From contig CAZEWH010000004.1 in NCBI GenBank assembly GCA_964515785.1, positions 3,105 through 67,104 on the forward strand: a stretch of DNA of 64,000 nt, read 5' to 3'. The notes beneath the pieces were generated by a model. It saw only the letters and a program-made list of their open reading frames with translations. It did no database searches and was not told where the DNA came from. The stretch's first letter is position 1. Each line of letters begins with the position of its first letter. The stretch comes from an uncultured Gammaproteobacteria bacterium (GTDB lineage Bacteria; Patescibacteriota; Patescibacteriia; UBA1558; GWA2-36-10). Shown in pieces: positions 18,112 through 28,280 of this stretch. The position numbers and the translations under genes are program-made.

Positions 18112-18699
18112 ATGCAAAAAATAATACTAGCCTCTAGTTCACCTAGACGCAAAGAATTACTCACACAAATTATTGGTGATAATTTTGAAATAATAACTGG
18201 CTCTTATGAAGAAGATAATACTCTTGCCATGGCCCCCAAAGATTTGGTCATGAAACATGCTTTAGCCAAAGGCAAAGATGTAGCTAAAAACCTCAAACAA
18301 GGCATCATTATATCAGCTGATACTTTGATTGTTCATAACAATGCTGTTTTGGGAAAATCTGGCAATCCTCAAGAAGCCAAAAAAGCTCTACAAAAAATAA
18401 ACGGCCAAGATATTAGTTGCATCACTGGTCTAGCTGTCATTGATATTAAAAATAAAAAAGAAATAGTAGATTTTGAATCTACAGATATGAAAATGAAGCA
18501 TATAAGCGAAGCAGAAATCGATAAATATATTGAAAGTGAAAAACCATTTGATCTAGCGGGCTCTTTTGCTATGCAAAAAAAGGGGGCTGTTTTTGTAGAA
18601 AAAATCAACGGCTGTTATTTTAATATAATAGGTTTACCTTTACATAAACTCAATAATATTCTTCAGCAACTTGATATTTCAATTTTTGACAACAAATAA
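18112..18699 (+). CDS. maf: Maf-like nucleoside triphosphate pyrophosphatase
   Basis: N-terminal LASSSPRRKELL Maf signature. Confidence 0.85.
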   Translation: MQKIILASSSPRRKELLTQIIGDNFEIITGSYEEDNTLAMAPKDLVMKHALAKGKDVAKNLKQGIIISADTLIVHNNAVLGKSGNPQEAKKALQKINGQDISCITGLAVIDIKNKKEIVDFESTDMKMKHISEAEIDKYIESEKPFDLAGSFAMQKKGAVFVEKINGCYFNIIGLPLHKLNNILQQLDISIFDNK

Positions 18700-18733
18700 A
18701 AAACCCCACTTAATTAAAATGGGGCCACGATCA

Positions 18734-19120
18734 TCAATCGCTGACTTTGACCTCTTCCCAGGTCAGAAAACCATCATCAGTCAATGTAATGAGCCATCGC
18801 ATGCTATCAGGTTGGAATTGATTATCCTCGTTCAGCTCAACGACAGAGCTTAGCATCCACTTCTGGTGATGCTCATTCCAAAACATAATAACAGCGCGAT
18901 ATTGCCCTTCGTGACATTGGACCCACAACTCAGATACCTGGAGATAGGCGGATAATCTCTTCATTCCACCTGCAGCCAAGCTGTAGTCACTCAACTGTAC
19001 ATATTTGACTCGAAACGGCTGGATGTCAGATGCTTTTACATCTTCCTCAACACATTCTGCAAAAGTAAGTGTTGGAACAAGTAAAAAACAAAGAACAATA
19101 GTAATAAGTAATCTACTCAC
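18734..19120 (-). CDS. Hypothetical secreted protein (signal peptide; G+C-richer)
   Basis: N-terminal LLITIVLCFLLVPTLTFA signal. Confidence 0.55.
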   Translation of the reverse strand: MSRLLITIVLCFLLVPTLTFAECVEEDVKASDIQPFRVKYVQLSDYSLAAGGMKRLSAYLQVSELWVQCHEGQYRAVIMFWNEHHQKWMLSSVVELNEDNQFQPDSMRWLITLTDDGFLTWEEVKVSD

Positions 19121-19209
19121 TTTGACCTCCTAGAAAAGATGAATGAACTAACTATCAATTATAAGATAGAAAAATATGATTATTTTGTCAATCTATATAA
19201 TAAAATAAA

Positions 19210-19240
19210 AAAACCTCTGTACACTGTACAGAGGTTTTTG
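19210..19240. terminator. Bidirectional terminator; perfect palindrome CCTCTGTACACTGTACAGAGG flanked by A-run and T-run
   Basis: Seen in sequence. Confidence 0.7.
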
Positions 19241-19247
19241 CGCTGCT

Positions 19248-19778
19248 CTAGGCAGCCGCCTGATTGGCTTGGCGCTCGATAGCGCGTGCCATGGCCAGTA
19301 TGACCTTGTGAGTTTCGTACTTACCCCTATCCCAATTAAGCCTATCTGCCGCAAAAGCCTGCTGTGACGATTTGACTATTGTGATAGCGATAAAAGAGCC
19401 TGCACCCTTTTTATCAACATGAACACCGGCCAGAAGCATGTCATCACCGATCATTTCAGCAATGTCTTCATCCTTGTATTGCTTTCTTTGATCACCCTTG
19501 AGGAATTTGACATTCACACCTGCCTCCAGCAAAGCTTCGACAATCAGATTTCTCACTGAAGTTTGCTTACGGTCAGGCTTGAGTACTGCCACGTAGATCG
19601 TCTTACCAGCTACTATTTGCTCGGCCTTAGCCAAGTCCTCACGCTCACGATTCCTCTTTTTCCTCTTAGAGTGAGCTAGGGAAATTAACACAAGTAACCC
19701 CACTGGTATTAAAACCATTAAAAAACCCTGAGAAAACGGAACAAAGCCCTGCATAAAAGATTGGAAATATTCTGCCAT
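19248..19778 (-). CDS. Hypothetical membrane-anchored protein (176 aa; G+C-richer)
   Basis: N-terminal TM then soluble domain; no recognised motif. Confidence 0.55.
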   Translation of the reverse strand: MAEYFQSFMQGFVPFSQGFLMVLIPVGLLVLISLAHSKRKKRNREREDLAKAEQIVAGKTIYVAVLKPDRKQTSVRNLIVEALLEAGVNVKFLKGDQRKQYKDEDIAEMIGDDMLLAGVHVDKKGAGSFIAITIVKSSQQAFAADRLNWDRGKYETHKVILAMARAIERQANQAAA

Positions 19779-19966
19779 GATTCACCTCTTGTCTAGCTCA
19801 CAGATCTATCACCCAGTTTTGGTGGGGTAGTTCTGAGGCCAACAATGTAAGGTACTCGCCATCCAGCTTTTGAATGACAAGATAGTCTATCATATATTGG
19901 CTATTTTGTCAAGATAAGCCCTATAATCATTGACTTGTTCATATATTTTCGCTATACTATTTTGTT

Positions 19967-20932
19967 ATGCAAAATCATAAAACTGCCAGTCATGATATCA
20001 AACAGCAAATAAAAGCTGCTGATAAAATACTCCTCATAGCCCATCAAAATCCAGATGGAGATTGTTTGGGTTCAGCCCTTGCTATGTATAGATATCTAGC
20101 TAGCTTAGATAAAAATGTGACTGTTTTTTGTAATCACAAATTACCAGCTAATTTCAACTTTTTGCCTGATACTGACAAACTAACTAATGATCACACTGTT
20201 TTTACACAAGAATATGATTTAGTAATAACAGTAGACACTGCAGCTTTACATCTGACTGGCATTGAAGAATTGCTTAAAATTATTCCTAATAAATATTTAT
20301 TTATTAACATAGATCATCATGTTTCTAACGAAAAATATGCTGATATTAATTTGATTATTTCTAGTGCTTCTTCTACAGCAGAAATGATCTATCGCCTCTT
20401 AAGAGATTGGCAATTCAAAATAGACGAAAAAACAGCTACAGCTTTAGCTTGTGGTATGATTACTGATACTGGTGGTTTTAAAAATCCAGCTACTACTTAT
20501 ACTTGTCTAGACATTGCTTCTGATTTGATCAATCAAGGTGCTAATATTCCTCAGATTATAAAAAACACAGTCAATGACACAAATATTACTCGCCTCCAAC
20601 TCTGGGGCCGAGCTTTAGAAAGATTGACCAAAGTAGATAAAAATAATCTAGTCTATACTTGGTTAACACTAAAAGATCTAGAAGAATGCCAAGCTGATGG
20701 CAATGCCAGTGAAGGTATATCCAATTTTTTGCATATCCTCAATGAAGGTAAAATCATCATGGTCTTGCAAGAAGCTGAAGATAATATTATCAAAGGCTCT
20801 CTTAGAACTACCAGTGATATAGATTTATCAAAGCTGGCAGCTATGATGGGTGGCGGTGGTCACAAAAAAGCAGCAGGTTTTTCCTTGCCAGGCCGCCTAC
20901 AATATGATAATAATAAGTTAAGAATAGTTTAA
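19967..20932 (+). CDS. nrnA: DHH/DHHA1 phosphoesterase (NrnA-like bifunctional oligoribonuclease / pAp phosphatase)
   Basis: HQNPDGDCLGS, DHH (NIDHHVSN), GGGGHKKAAGF. Confidence 0.85.
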   Translation: MQNHKTASHDIKQQIKAADKILLIAHQNPDGDCLGSALAMYRYLASLDKNVTVFCNHKLPANFNFLPDTDKLTNDHTVFTQEYDLVITVDTAALHLTGIEELLKIIPNKYLFINIDHHVSNEKYADINLIISSASSTAEMIYRLLRDWQFKIDEKTATALACGMITDTGGFKNPATTYTCLDIASDLINQGANIPQIIKNTVNDTNITRLQLWGRALERLTKVDKNNLVYTWLTLKDLEECQADGNASEGISNFLHILNEGKIIMVLQEAEDNIIKGSLRTTSDIDLSKLAAMMGGGGHKKAAGFSLPGRLQYDNNKLRIV

Positions 20933-20946
20933 GAAAACCCCCTAAA

Positions 20947-20964
20947 TCCCCCTTGTCAGGGGGA
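20947..20964. repeat. G/C hairpin element TCCCCCTTGTCAGGGGGA (left flank of DUF559 cassette)
   Basis: Exact reverse complement of the element at 21402-21419. Confidence 0.6.
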
Positions 20965-21004
20965 CTTGAGTAATATAAAATAGTATTAACTAAAGAAAAG
21001 CGAT

Positions 21005-21397
21005 ATGAAATTAAATGATGAATCTTTTTTAAAATATAGAATTAGGTTGACAAGAGAAGCTAAAATAAACAGAAAAAATCCAACAAAAGCAGAATTAGTT
21101 ATTTGGAATGAAATTCTCGGCAGAAAAAAGACGGGTTATAAGTTCATAAGACAAAAACCAATACTTAATTGCATACTTGATTTCTATTGTTCAGAACTAC
21201 TGTTAGCCATTGAAGTTGATGGCGATTCACATATTAACCAAGAAGACTATGATGATGCTAGAACTAATTCATTAAACGATTTAGGAATTAGAGTATTGAG
21301 GTATAATAATTTAGATGTTATAAAAAATATAATAGAAATCCGTAAGGATATAGAGAAAAAAATCAAAATCAGAGAAAAAAAATTATATAATAAATAA
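21005..21397 (+). CDS. DUF559 / Vsr-like endonuclease-domain protein
   Basis: PTKAELVIWNEILGRKKTGYKFIRQKPI...ILDFYCSELLLAIEVDGDSH...DARTNSLNDLGIRVLRYNN matches the DUF559 pattern. Confidence 0.8.
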   Translation: MKLNDESFLKYRIRLTREAKINRKNPTKAELVIWNEILGRKKTGYKFIRQKPILNCILDFYCSELLLAIEVDGDSHINQEDYDDARTNSLNDLGIRVLRYNNLDVIKNIIEIRKDIEKKIKIREKKLYNK

Positions 21398-21401
21398 AGT
21401 T

Positions 21402-21419
21402 CTCCCCCTGACAAGGGGG
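21402..21419. repeat. G/C hairpin element TCCCCCTGACAAGGGGGA (right flank of DUF559 cassette)
   Basis: Reverse complement of 20947-20964. Confidence 0.6.
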
Positions 21420-21441
21420 AGGCAGAGGGGGTTAAAAAATT

Positions 21442-22014
21442 ATGCTAATACCTACTGTAATAGAAAAAACTCAACAAGGTGAAAGAGCTTATGATATCTA
21501 CTCTCGCCTCTTGAAAGATAGGATTATTTTTCTAGGAGATGCTATAGATGATCGTATAGCCAATCTTGTGATTGCTCAACTACTTTTTCTTGATGCGCAA
21601 GACAATACCAAGCCTATCAAGATGTATATAAACTGTCCTGGTGGTAGTGTCACAGATGGCTTGGCTATCTATGATACTATGCAACATGTCACTAGTCCTG
21701 TCACTACTATCTGTGTAGGACTCGCTGCTTCCATGGCGGCTACCTTGCTTGCTGGTGGTGCAGAAGGCCAAAGATTTGCTCTACCAAATTCCGAAATCTT
21801 GATCCACCAGATTATGGGTGGCGCCACTGGACAAGCCAGTGACATCAAGATCAAAGCAGAACAAATCTTAAAACTCAAAGAACGCCTAAACAAAATCTTA
21901 CAAAAACACACCTCACAACCGATCAAAAAAATAGCTAAAGATGCTGATCGAGATTATTATATGACAGCGACTGAAGCGCTCGATTATGGCTTGATTGATA
22001 AAATTATAAAATAA
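21442..22014 (+). CDS. clpP: ATP-dependent Clp protease proteolytic subunit
   Basis: Typical ClpP sequence (…[15 protein letters not shown]…HQIMGGA…). Confidence 0.95.
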   Translation: MLIPTVIEKTQQGERAYDIYSRLLKDRIIFLGDAIDDRIANLVIAQLLFLDAQDNTKPIKMYINCPGGSVTDGLAIYDTMQHVTSPVTTICVGLAASMAATLLAGGAEGQRFALPNSEILIHQIMGGATGQASDIKIKAEQILKLKERLNKILQKHTSQPIKKIAKDADRDYYMTATEALDYGLIDKIIK

Positions 22015-22454
22015 ACTTTTCAATTTTTAAAAAATATGTTAATATATTTTCGAGACAGGTGGAGAGGGGTTCTTTAATCCCGTTTGATAAAGCTTGTCAG
22101 GGGGCCATCAGTGTCCAGCGCCATATATGGTTGAAAGACTTTAGATGGTGTTGTACAATATACTGATGGTCTTTTTATATAGGGGTTGATTTTTTATATC
22201 ATTTATGTTAGAATCTACTTTGAGGAATAAAAAATCCTCACCTAAATGTTTAAAAGTTAATTTACTGTTTTAGTTTTTTACTCTATTTTTGTAGAAAAAA
22301 AGACCTATTTATTCAATTTTTTGAAACTATAAATGTATTTTTTGATAGTAAAACTAATCAATTCTTCAAAACTTATTATCAAAACCTAAAAATATTTTGG
22401 GTCATTTTTGCATTCTCAAAACTACTAAAACGGTAAACAGAAAGTTTACTAAAT

Positions 22455-23969
22455 ATGAATTTTATCGGTATAATTGCCGGACTTATTGTTGGTATTTTTT
22501 TGGGTATTATTATCAAAAAAACACTAACTAGTAAAAACATCCGACAGGCAGAACAAAAGGCTGAAGGTCTTTTGGACGAAGCCAAACAAAAATACAAAGA
22601 TGCTTTGATCTTGGCTAAAGACAAAGCAATAGCTTTGATAGACGAAGCTAAAAATGAAGAAAAAGAAGGTCGTAAACGTTTACAAGAAAAAGAAAATCAC
22701 CTCACCAAGCGTGAAGGTCTTTTTGATAGAAAAATTATAGAATTTGAAGACAGTAAAAATAAATTGGATAACACTCGTAAACAACTTGAGTCCAATAAAA
22801 CTGAAATTAAAAAAATCAAAGAAAGTCAATTACAAAAATTAGAAAAAATTGCTGCTTTGACTCAAGAAGAAGCTAAAGAGGTCTTGGTAAACAATATGGA
22901 AAGTCGTATGAAAGATGAACTATTACATCGTATGCGTAAATTGGAAAACCAGGCTACTGATGAGCTAGAGTCTAAAGCCAAAAAAATACTAACTACTGTA
23001 ATAGAACGTTGTGCTGCTCCACATACCGTAGAAACAACTACTACAGCTGTATCACTACCAAATGAAGAAATGAAAGGTAGAATTATTGGCCGTGAGGGTC
23101 GTAATATAAAAACTATAGAACAATTAACTGGTGTTGAAGTTATTATAGACGATACACCAGAGTCTATTTTAATTTCTGCTTTCAATCCTATCCGCAGACA
23201 ACTGGCCAAACGAGCTATAGAAAAACTAATGGTCGATGGTCGTATCCATCCTGGTCGTATCGAAGAAACAATCCAACAATCCAAAAAAGAATTGGCTATA
23301 GATATCAAAAAAGCTGGTGAAGAAGCAGCCTATCAAGCTGGCATCGTTGGCTTGGACACCAAGCTAGTCCAGATCTTGGGTCGCTTGAAATATCGTACTT
23401 CTTATGGCCAAAATCAATTGCAGCATGCTCTAGAAGTGTCACATCTATCAGGTGTCCTCGCTTCTGAACTAGGTGCTGATATCAATGTCTGTAAAAAAGG
23501 TGGTTTACTCCATGATATTGGTAAAGCTCTAGATCATGAAATCCAAGGTTCTCATCCTGAGATTGGTTATGATTTGTTGAAAAAATTTGGTCTATCAGAA
23601 GAAGTAGCTTATATGTCTACAGCTCATCATGAAGATCAACCAAAAACTATCGAGGGTGTAATTGTCAAAATTGCTGATGCTATTTCTGGCTCTCGCCCTG
23701 GTGCTCGTCGTGATTCTCTAGAAGAGTATATCCAACGTTTGACTGAGCTAGAAGACACAGCAAAATCTTTTGCTGGTGTCGAAAAAGTCTATGCTATCCA
23801 AGCTGGTCGCGAAATTAGAGTCTTTATTTCACCTGATGAATTAGATGATTTTGCTGCTAATAAACTAGCTCGCGATATTGCCAATAAGATTGAATCTGAG
23901 TTAAAATACCCAGGTGAGATCAGAGTAACGGTGATAAGAGAAAAAAGAATCACAGAATATGCCAGATAA
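22455..23969 (+). CDS. rny: Ribonuclease Y
   Basis: N-terminal TM, coiled coil, KH domain (GRIIGREGRNIK), HD domain (LLHDIGKA...HHE). Confidence 0.9.
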   Translation: MNFIGIIAGLIVGIFLGIIIKKTLTSKNIRQAEQKAEGLLDEAKQKYKDALILAKDKAIALIDEAKNEEKEGRKRLQEKENHLTKREGLFDRKIIEFEDSKNKLDNTRKQLESNKTEIKKIKESQLQKLEKIAALTQEEAKEVLVNNMESRMKDELLHRMRKLENQATDELESKAKKILTTVIERCAAPHTVETTTTAVSLPNEEMKGRIIGREGRNIKTIEQLTGVEVIIDDTPESILISAFNPIRRQLAKRAIEKLMVDGRIHPGRIEETIQQSKKELAIDIKKAGEEAAYQAGIVGLDTKLVQILGRLKYRTSYGQNQLQHALEVSHLSGVLASELGADINVCKKGGLLHDIGKALDHEIQGSHPEIGYDLLKKFGLSEEVAYMSTAHHEDQPKTIEGVIVKIADAISGSRPGARRDSLEEYIQRLTELEDTAKSFAGVEKVYAIQAGREIRVFISPDELDDFAANKLARDIANKIESELKYPGEIRVTVIREKRITEYAR

Positions 23970-24756
23970 AACTAAAATATTATTTTTTGGTGATGTAGTA
24001 GGTGCTTTGGGTCGCAAGGCTGTCAAAGACATAATTCCTCAATGGCAACAAAAATATAAACCAGACTTGATAATTGCCAATGTAGAAAATTTAGCTCACG
24101 GCAAAGGCCTAACTACCAAAACTCTCAATGAACTAAAAAATGCTGGGGTTCAAGTTTTTACTGGTGGTAATCATCTATGGGCTAAATATGACCCTCAAGA
24201 TGTCATAAAAGAAGGAGATTTTGATATTGCTGCTCCAGCCAATGACTCCCGCACACCTCAAAGTATGCGTTATCAAATTATTGAAATTAATAATCAAAAA
24301 ATTGTTATTATAAATTTGACTGGTCGTACTTTTATAGAAGATGATAACCTGAGTAATCCTTTTCACCAAATAGACAGACTATTGGATGAATTACCTAAAG
24401 ACTCTATCAAAATAGTAGACATGCATGCTGAAGCAACTAGTGAAAAAAAAGCCATGGGATATTATCTAGATGGCAAAGTAAGTACTATGCTTGGTACTCA
24501 TACTCATGTCCCAACTGCAGACGCTGAAATTTTACCAACTGGCACTGGCTATATTACTGATGTTGGTATGGTCGGACCATATCCATCTGTCTTAGGCATC
24601 AAGAGTGAGATTATTATTGATAAATTCTTAAAAGAAGAACACATCAAGCATGAATTACCAGACTCTGGTCAAATCGAAGTAAATGCAGTATTATTAGAAA
24701 TAGATAATACTAATCATAAAACAAACAAAATAAAACCACTAAGAAAAATTTTATGA
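23959..24756 (+). CDS. ymdB: YmdB-like metallophosphoesterase (2',3'-cyclic-nucleotide phosphodiesterase family)
   Basis: ILFFGDVVG...ANVENLAHGKG... conserved; rny-ymdB synteny. Confidence 0.85.
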   Translation: MPDKTKILFFGDVVGALGRKAVKDIIPQWQQKYKPDLIIANVENLAHGKGLTTKTLNELKNAGVQVFTGGNHLWAKYDPQDVIKEGDFDIAAPANDSRTPQSMRYQIIEINNQKIVIINLTGRTFIEDDNLSNPFHQIDRLLDELPKDSIKIVDMHAEATSEKKAMGYYLDGKVSTMLGTHTHVPTADAEILPTGTGYITDVGMVGPYPSVLGIKSEIIIDKFLKEEHIKHELPDSGQIEVNAVLLEIDNTNHKTNKIKPLRKIL

Positions 24757-25040
24757 ACAAAGCCCAACTAATTGAGGCTATTGCTATCAAAGCTGGTGTC
24801 AGCAAAAAAGAGGCTGAAGACATCTTGCAAGCTTTTGTTAATTTTACAATCGAAACTTTGCAGGGTGGCGGTGAAGTTACTTTGACTGGCTTCGGTACTT
24901 TCTCAGCTCGTACTCGCAATGCTCGTATGGGTGTCAACCCACAAAAGCCAAGCGAAAAGATCCAGATTCCTACTGTGATTGTACCAAAATTTAAAGCTGG
25001 CAAGACTCTCAAAGATGCACTCAAGAAAAAAACAAACTAA
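24753..25040 (+). CDS. hup: DNA-binding protein HU
   Basis: HU signature GFGTFSARTRNARMGVNP; ATGA overlap with ymdB stop. Confidence 0.9.
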   Translation: MNKAQLIEAIAIKAGVSKKEAEDILQAFVNFTIETLQGGGEVTLTGFGTFSARTRNARMGVNPQKPSEKIQIPTVIVPKFKAGKTLKDALKKKTN

Positions 25041-25101
25041 ACAAAAATACTAAAATTCCAAAAATAGAATTTCAGTATTTTGTTGTCTAAAAAAAATTAT
25101 T

Positions 25102-25872
25102 TTATTTCTTCAATAATACCAAACCTTGTTTAGGGCCAGTTGTACTGGCCTCTTTTGTATCCCAATCAGCAATTGAGGCCATCATATTTTCATAAGTATA
25201 GATAAAATCAGCTCCTCGCCAAGTACCAGGATCGTTGGTAATAAAATTACCATCTATATATCCTTTGATAACTAACATATGATAGTCTGGTCCATCGTTG
25301 GTAAAATATGGTTGATCCAAAATATGACCGTCAGCTGGAATAATAATCGGCAATCCTCTATCAAGATAACTTTCAATTTTGTCAGTATCTAGATCTTCTA
25401 CAATTTCAATTTCATAGTCATAATAAATATCAGCAAATTCTGCTACCTTGTCTACTGATAGATTGAAATGTCCATCCCAATTGTCTTCTTGCCAGCCAAT
25501 CATATCTAACAAAATATCTTCTATCTGTAATGGTGGCGGTAAATCTTTATTTTGATAATAATAATCAATCATAAGCAAACTAGCCTCTTCACAAGCATCC
25601 TGGAAAGGTTGATCCCAGTTGTATGATGGAGCCTGGGAAGTAAAAGGAATAGCTAGATTAACATTAGCTGGTTCCGGTTCTGGTTCTATTATTTCATCTA
25701 TCTTTTCTTCTTCTATCTCAACAACATCTTCTGTATTATTTTCTTCTACTATAAATTCCTCAAAAGCTTGAGGTGGTGGTAGATCTACTTTTATAATCTG
25801 AGGTTTATTTCTAAAATAAATAGCTGCCACAAAAGCTAGCATAATAATAAATAATAAAATTAATTTTTTCAT
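25102..25872 (-). CDS. Membrane-anchored protein with papain-like C39-type peptidase domain (YvpB-like)
   Basis: QDACEEASLLMIDYYYQ (Cys) and later H; family call tentative. Confidence 0.5.
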   Translation of the reverse strand: MKKLILLFIIMLAFVAAIYFRNKPQIIKVDLPPPQAFEEFIVEENNTEDVVEIEEEKIDEIIEPEPEPANVNLAIPFTSQAPSYNWDQPFQDACEEASLLMIDYYYQNKDLPPPLQIEDILLDMIGWQEDNWDGHFNLSVDKVAEFADIYYDYEIEIVEDLDTDKIESYLDRGLPIIIPADGHILDQPYFTNDGPDYHMLVIKGYIDGNFITNDPGTWRGADFIYTYENMMASIADWDTKEASTTGPKQGLVLLKK

Positions 25873-25875
25873 AAA

Positions 25876-27519
25876 TTATTGATTATAATTAATATAATAA
25901 ATTTTGAAAACTACATCATCTTTATAATCTCTGATTTCTTTGATTGCTTTGATATTACTGGCCTCTAAATCATTTTTAAAAATCTCTATCTGTCTATTGT
26001 AGTCTTCACTCTGCCCTGACCTATTACCAGCTTCTGTAGTGTATACAAAATATATATCTTTATTGCTCGTGTCAATTTGATCAACATATTTGATAGACAT
26101 AAGCGGTAAATCATAATAAATCATATATCTATCAATATACCACATCTGAGAAAACCAATCAGCTCGCTCATCAAATAATATTACCCAATCAGTATTTATT
26201 TCTATCTTAGTCATATTATCAAGATTTTTTGGATTTATCCTATTTGGTAAGTCACCAATTATTTCAGTTTGCAGATAATTATCTAATTCTTCAAAACCTC
26301 TGTCATAAAATCGGTAGCCAGAATATGTCATAAATCTTTGTCCTTGAGGATTTTTGAAAATATTGGTATTTAAAGCATAAAAAAGTTCTCCCAAAAAAAT
26401 AATAACTAATAAACTAACAAGTAGTTTACTAGCTTTCTTAAAGCTAGCCAAGACGTTAATAATAAACAAGCCCGTTATGATACTAAAAAATGGAATTATA
26501 ATAGACAATAAACGCGGTGGAGCTCCTGATGCGGCAAACATTATAAAAATCACAACAATATTTAAGCCAACAAAATTTAATAGAATATTTTTTTGCCTCT
26601 TAATAAGATTTAATAACATATAAATAAAAGACAAAATATACAATATAAACAAAAATATAGATGTTGATTTATAAAGTACTATAAAAATAGAGCCAATATT
26701 TTGTAAAAAATTGGTATTAGCTGATCTATTGGCTAAAGCAGCAAAATCTTGAGTTTGTATACCCAACATTGATGATAAAGCTGCGTCAAAATGCCCGCGA
26801 GTCTTATACATCATAATATTATAAATAATAACTGGAGACAAAACTATCAACATCATAATAATAGACAAATAAAAATGCTTATTTTTAAAAATATCGGGCC
26901 GATAAATTAAAATATAAAAAATAACAGCTGGTAATAAAAATAAAGCCGTATATTTTGACAACAAAGCCAAGGCTAAGGCAAGTGCCCAATAATATAAATA
27001 TCTATTTTTATTTGTTTTGAGAAAAAATAAAAATAAACCACAGCTCAAGATAATAAATAAAATAGATATACCTTCTAGATAAGCAGTTCGACTGGCCCAA
27101 ATTGCATAAGAAGTAATACTAAATAAACCAGCTATCAATAAAGCTTGATGACTAGTTACAAATTTTTTGCTTAACCAATAAAGTAAATAAACAGATAAAC
27201 TACCAGCTAATATAAAAGGTAATAAGGCTGCTAAACTAGCAGCACCAAATAAATTTAAAAAAATAAACTGAATAGCTTGCACTAAAGGCGGGATATCATG
27301 AAAAGATAAATGTCCCCACCATGGTACAGATCCAAACCAAACAATCGGTGTGGTCTGATCTGGATTGAGTAAAAAATCAAACCAACCAAAAGCCCGCAGA
27401 GTGTTTAAGGCAGCATCATTTTGGATATCACTACCCGGTATATTATATAAGCGTAATAAAATTGCTATTACTAAAATAGCAATTAAAATAATATTATATT
27501 TATTTTGCCACCATTTCAT
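25876..27519 (-). CDS. Glycosyltransferase family 39/83 (ArnT/PMT-like) polytopic membrane protein
   Basis: 547 aa, about 12 TM, GT-C style N-terminal loops. Confidence 0.75.
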   Translation of the reverse strand: MKWWQNKYNIILIAILVIAILLRLYNIPGSDIQNDAALNTLRAFGWFDFLLNPDQTTPIVWFGSVPWWGHLSFHDIPPLVQAIQFIFLNLFGAASLAALLPFILAGSLSVYLLYWLSKKFVTSHQALLIAGLFSITSYAIWASRTAYLEGISILFIILSCGLFLFFLKTNKNRYLYYWALALALALLSKYTALFLLPAVIFYILIYRPDIFKNKHFYLSIIMMLIVLSPVIIYNIMMYKTRGHFDAALSSMLGIQTQDFAALANRSANTNFLQNIGSIFIVLYKSTSIFLFILYILSFIYMLLNLIKRQKNILLNFVGLNIVVIFIMFAASGAPPRLLSIIIPFFSIITGLFIINVLASFKKASKLLVSLLVIIFLGELFYALNTNIFKNPQGQRFMTYSGYRFYDRGFEELDNYLQTEIIGDLPNRINPKNLDNMTKIEINTDWVILFDERADWFSQMWYIDRYMIYYDLPLMSIKYVDQIDTSNKDIYFVYTTEAGNRSGQSEDYNRQIEIFKNDLEASNIKAIKEIRDYKDDVVFKIYYINYNQ

Positions 27520-27974
27520 AGAGTAAGTCTACAATAAAAAGCTATTAAACTCAAACAAAAAAAGACCAACCGAAGTTGGTCTTTATAGTGCCGCACGACC
27601 TAGAAGGTCGCGATCTGACTGCTGTCAAATGAGCTAAGCATTTCATTGAAAATGATCAATAAATTGGTTAACAACTCAGTAGACAGTTGAAATACCCTCG
27701 GAGCAAACATCTTGAATAGAATCAGCAGAAAAATCATATTGAAAAATCCAACTAAAGCTCTAAACATATAGTTATTGATAAACTTCAAGGCCTGAGAAAA
27801 TATACTGGATGGTGACTATTCATCCTCAGACACTTGAAGCGTCTCAATATTCCCTACAGGTAGCTAAGTTCAAAAACCCTTTAAAATCAGTTAACTGCAG
27901 GGAATTGCTCCATTTGAAAAGAACTGTCCTATATATAATAAGACGTATGACATAGATATTTATTACACCCCGCC

Positions 27975-28003
27975 TTGACAATATGCTATTCTTTTGCTAA
28001 AAA
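27975..28003 (+). promoter_or_regulatory. Promoter TTGACA-17-TAAAAA(T)
   Basis: C-rich tract then TTGACA; followed by SD AGGAGA. Confidence 0.4.
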
Positions 28004-28057
28004 TACATATCAATCTTTCATTGCTGGCGTTCATTTAACCAAACAGGAGAGTGTCTT

Positions 28058-28237
28058 ATGTGGGAACAAATTCCAGAACCTGAAGATACCACTAAGGCAA
28101 GGGTATCTGTTATGTCTCATCGACTCAAGGTCCCGGGTGGCTGGATTGTGAGAACAGTAACAAACATATTCGGCAATGGCACATCGTCTTCGCAAACCTT
28201 CGTTGCAGATGCTGACCATTCCTGGGAACTTTCTTAA
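28058..28237 (+). CDS. Hypothetical 59-aa protein (MWEQIPEPEDTTKARVSVMSHRLKVPGGWIVRTV...), G+C-richer
   Basis: ATG with SD AGGAGA 7 nt upstream, own promoter and terminator; preferred over the overlapping antisense track ORFs. Confidence 0.5.
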   Translation: MWEQIPEPEDTTKARVSVMSHRLKVPGGWIVRTVTNIFGNGTSSSQTFVADADHSWELS

Positions 28238-28245
28238 ACAACATA

Positions 28246-28280
28246 AACCGTTGATAACAATATCAACGGTTTTCTTTTTA
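28246..28280. terminator. Bidirectional intrinsic terminator AACCGTTGATA-acaa-TATCAACGGTT + T-run
   Basis: Perfect 11-bp stem. Confidence 0.8.
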
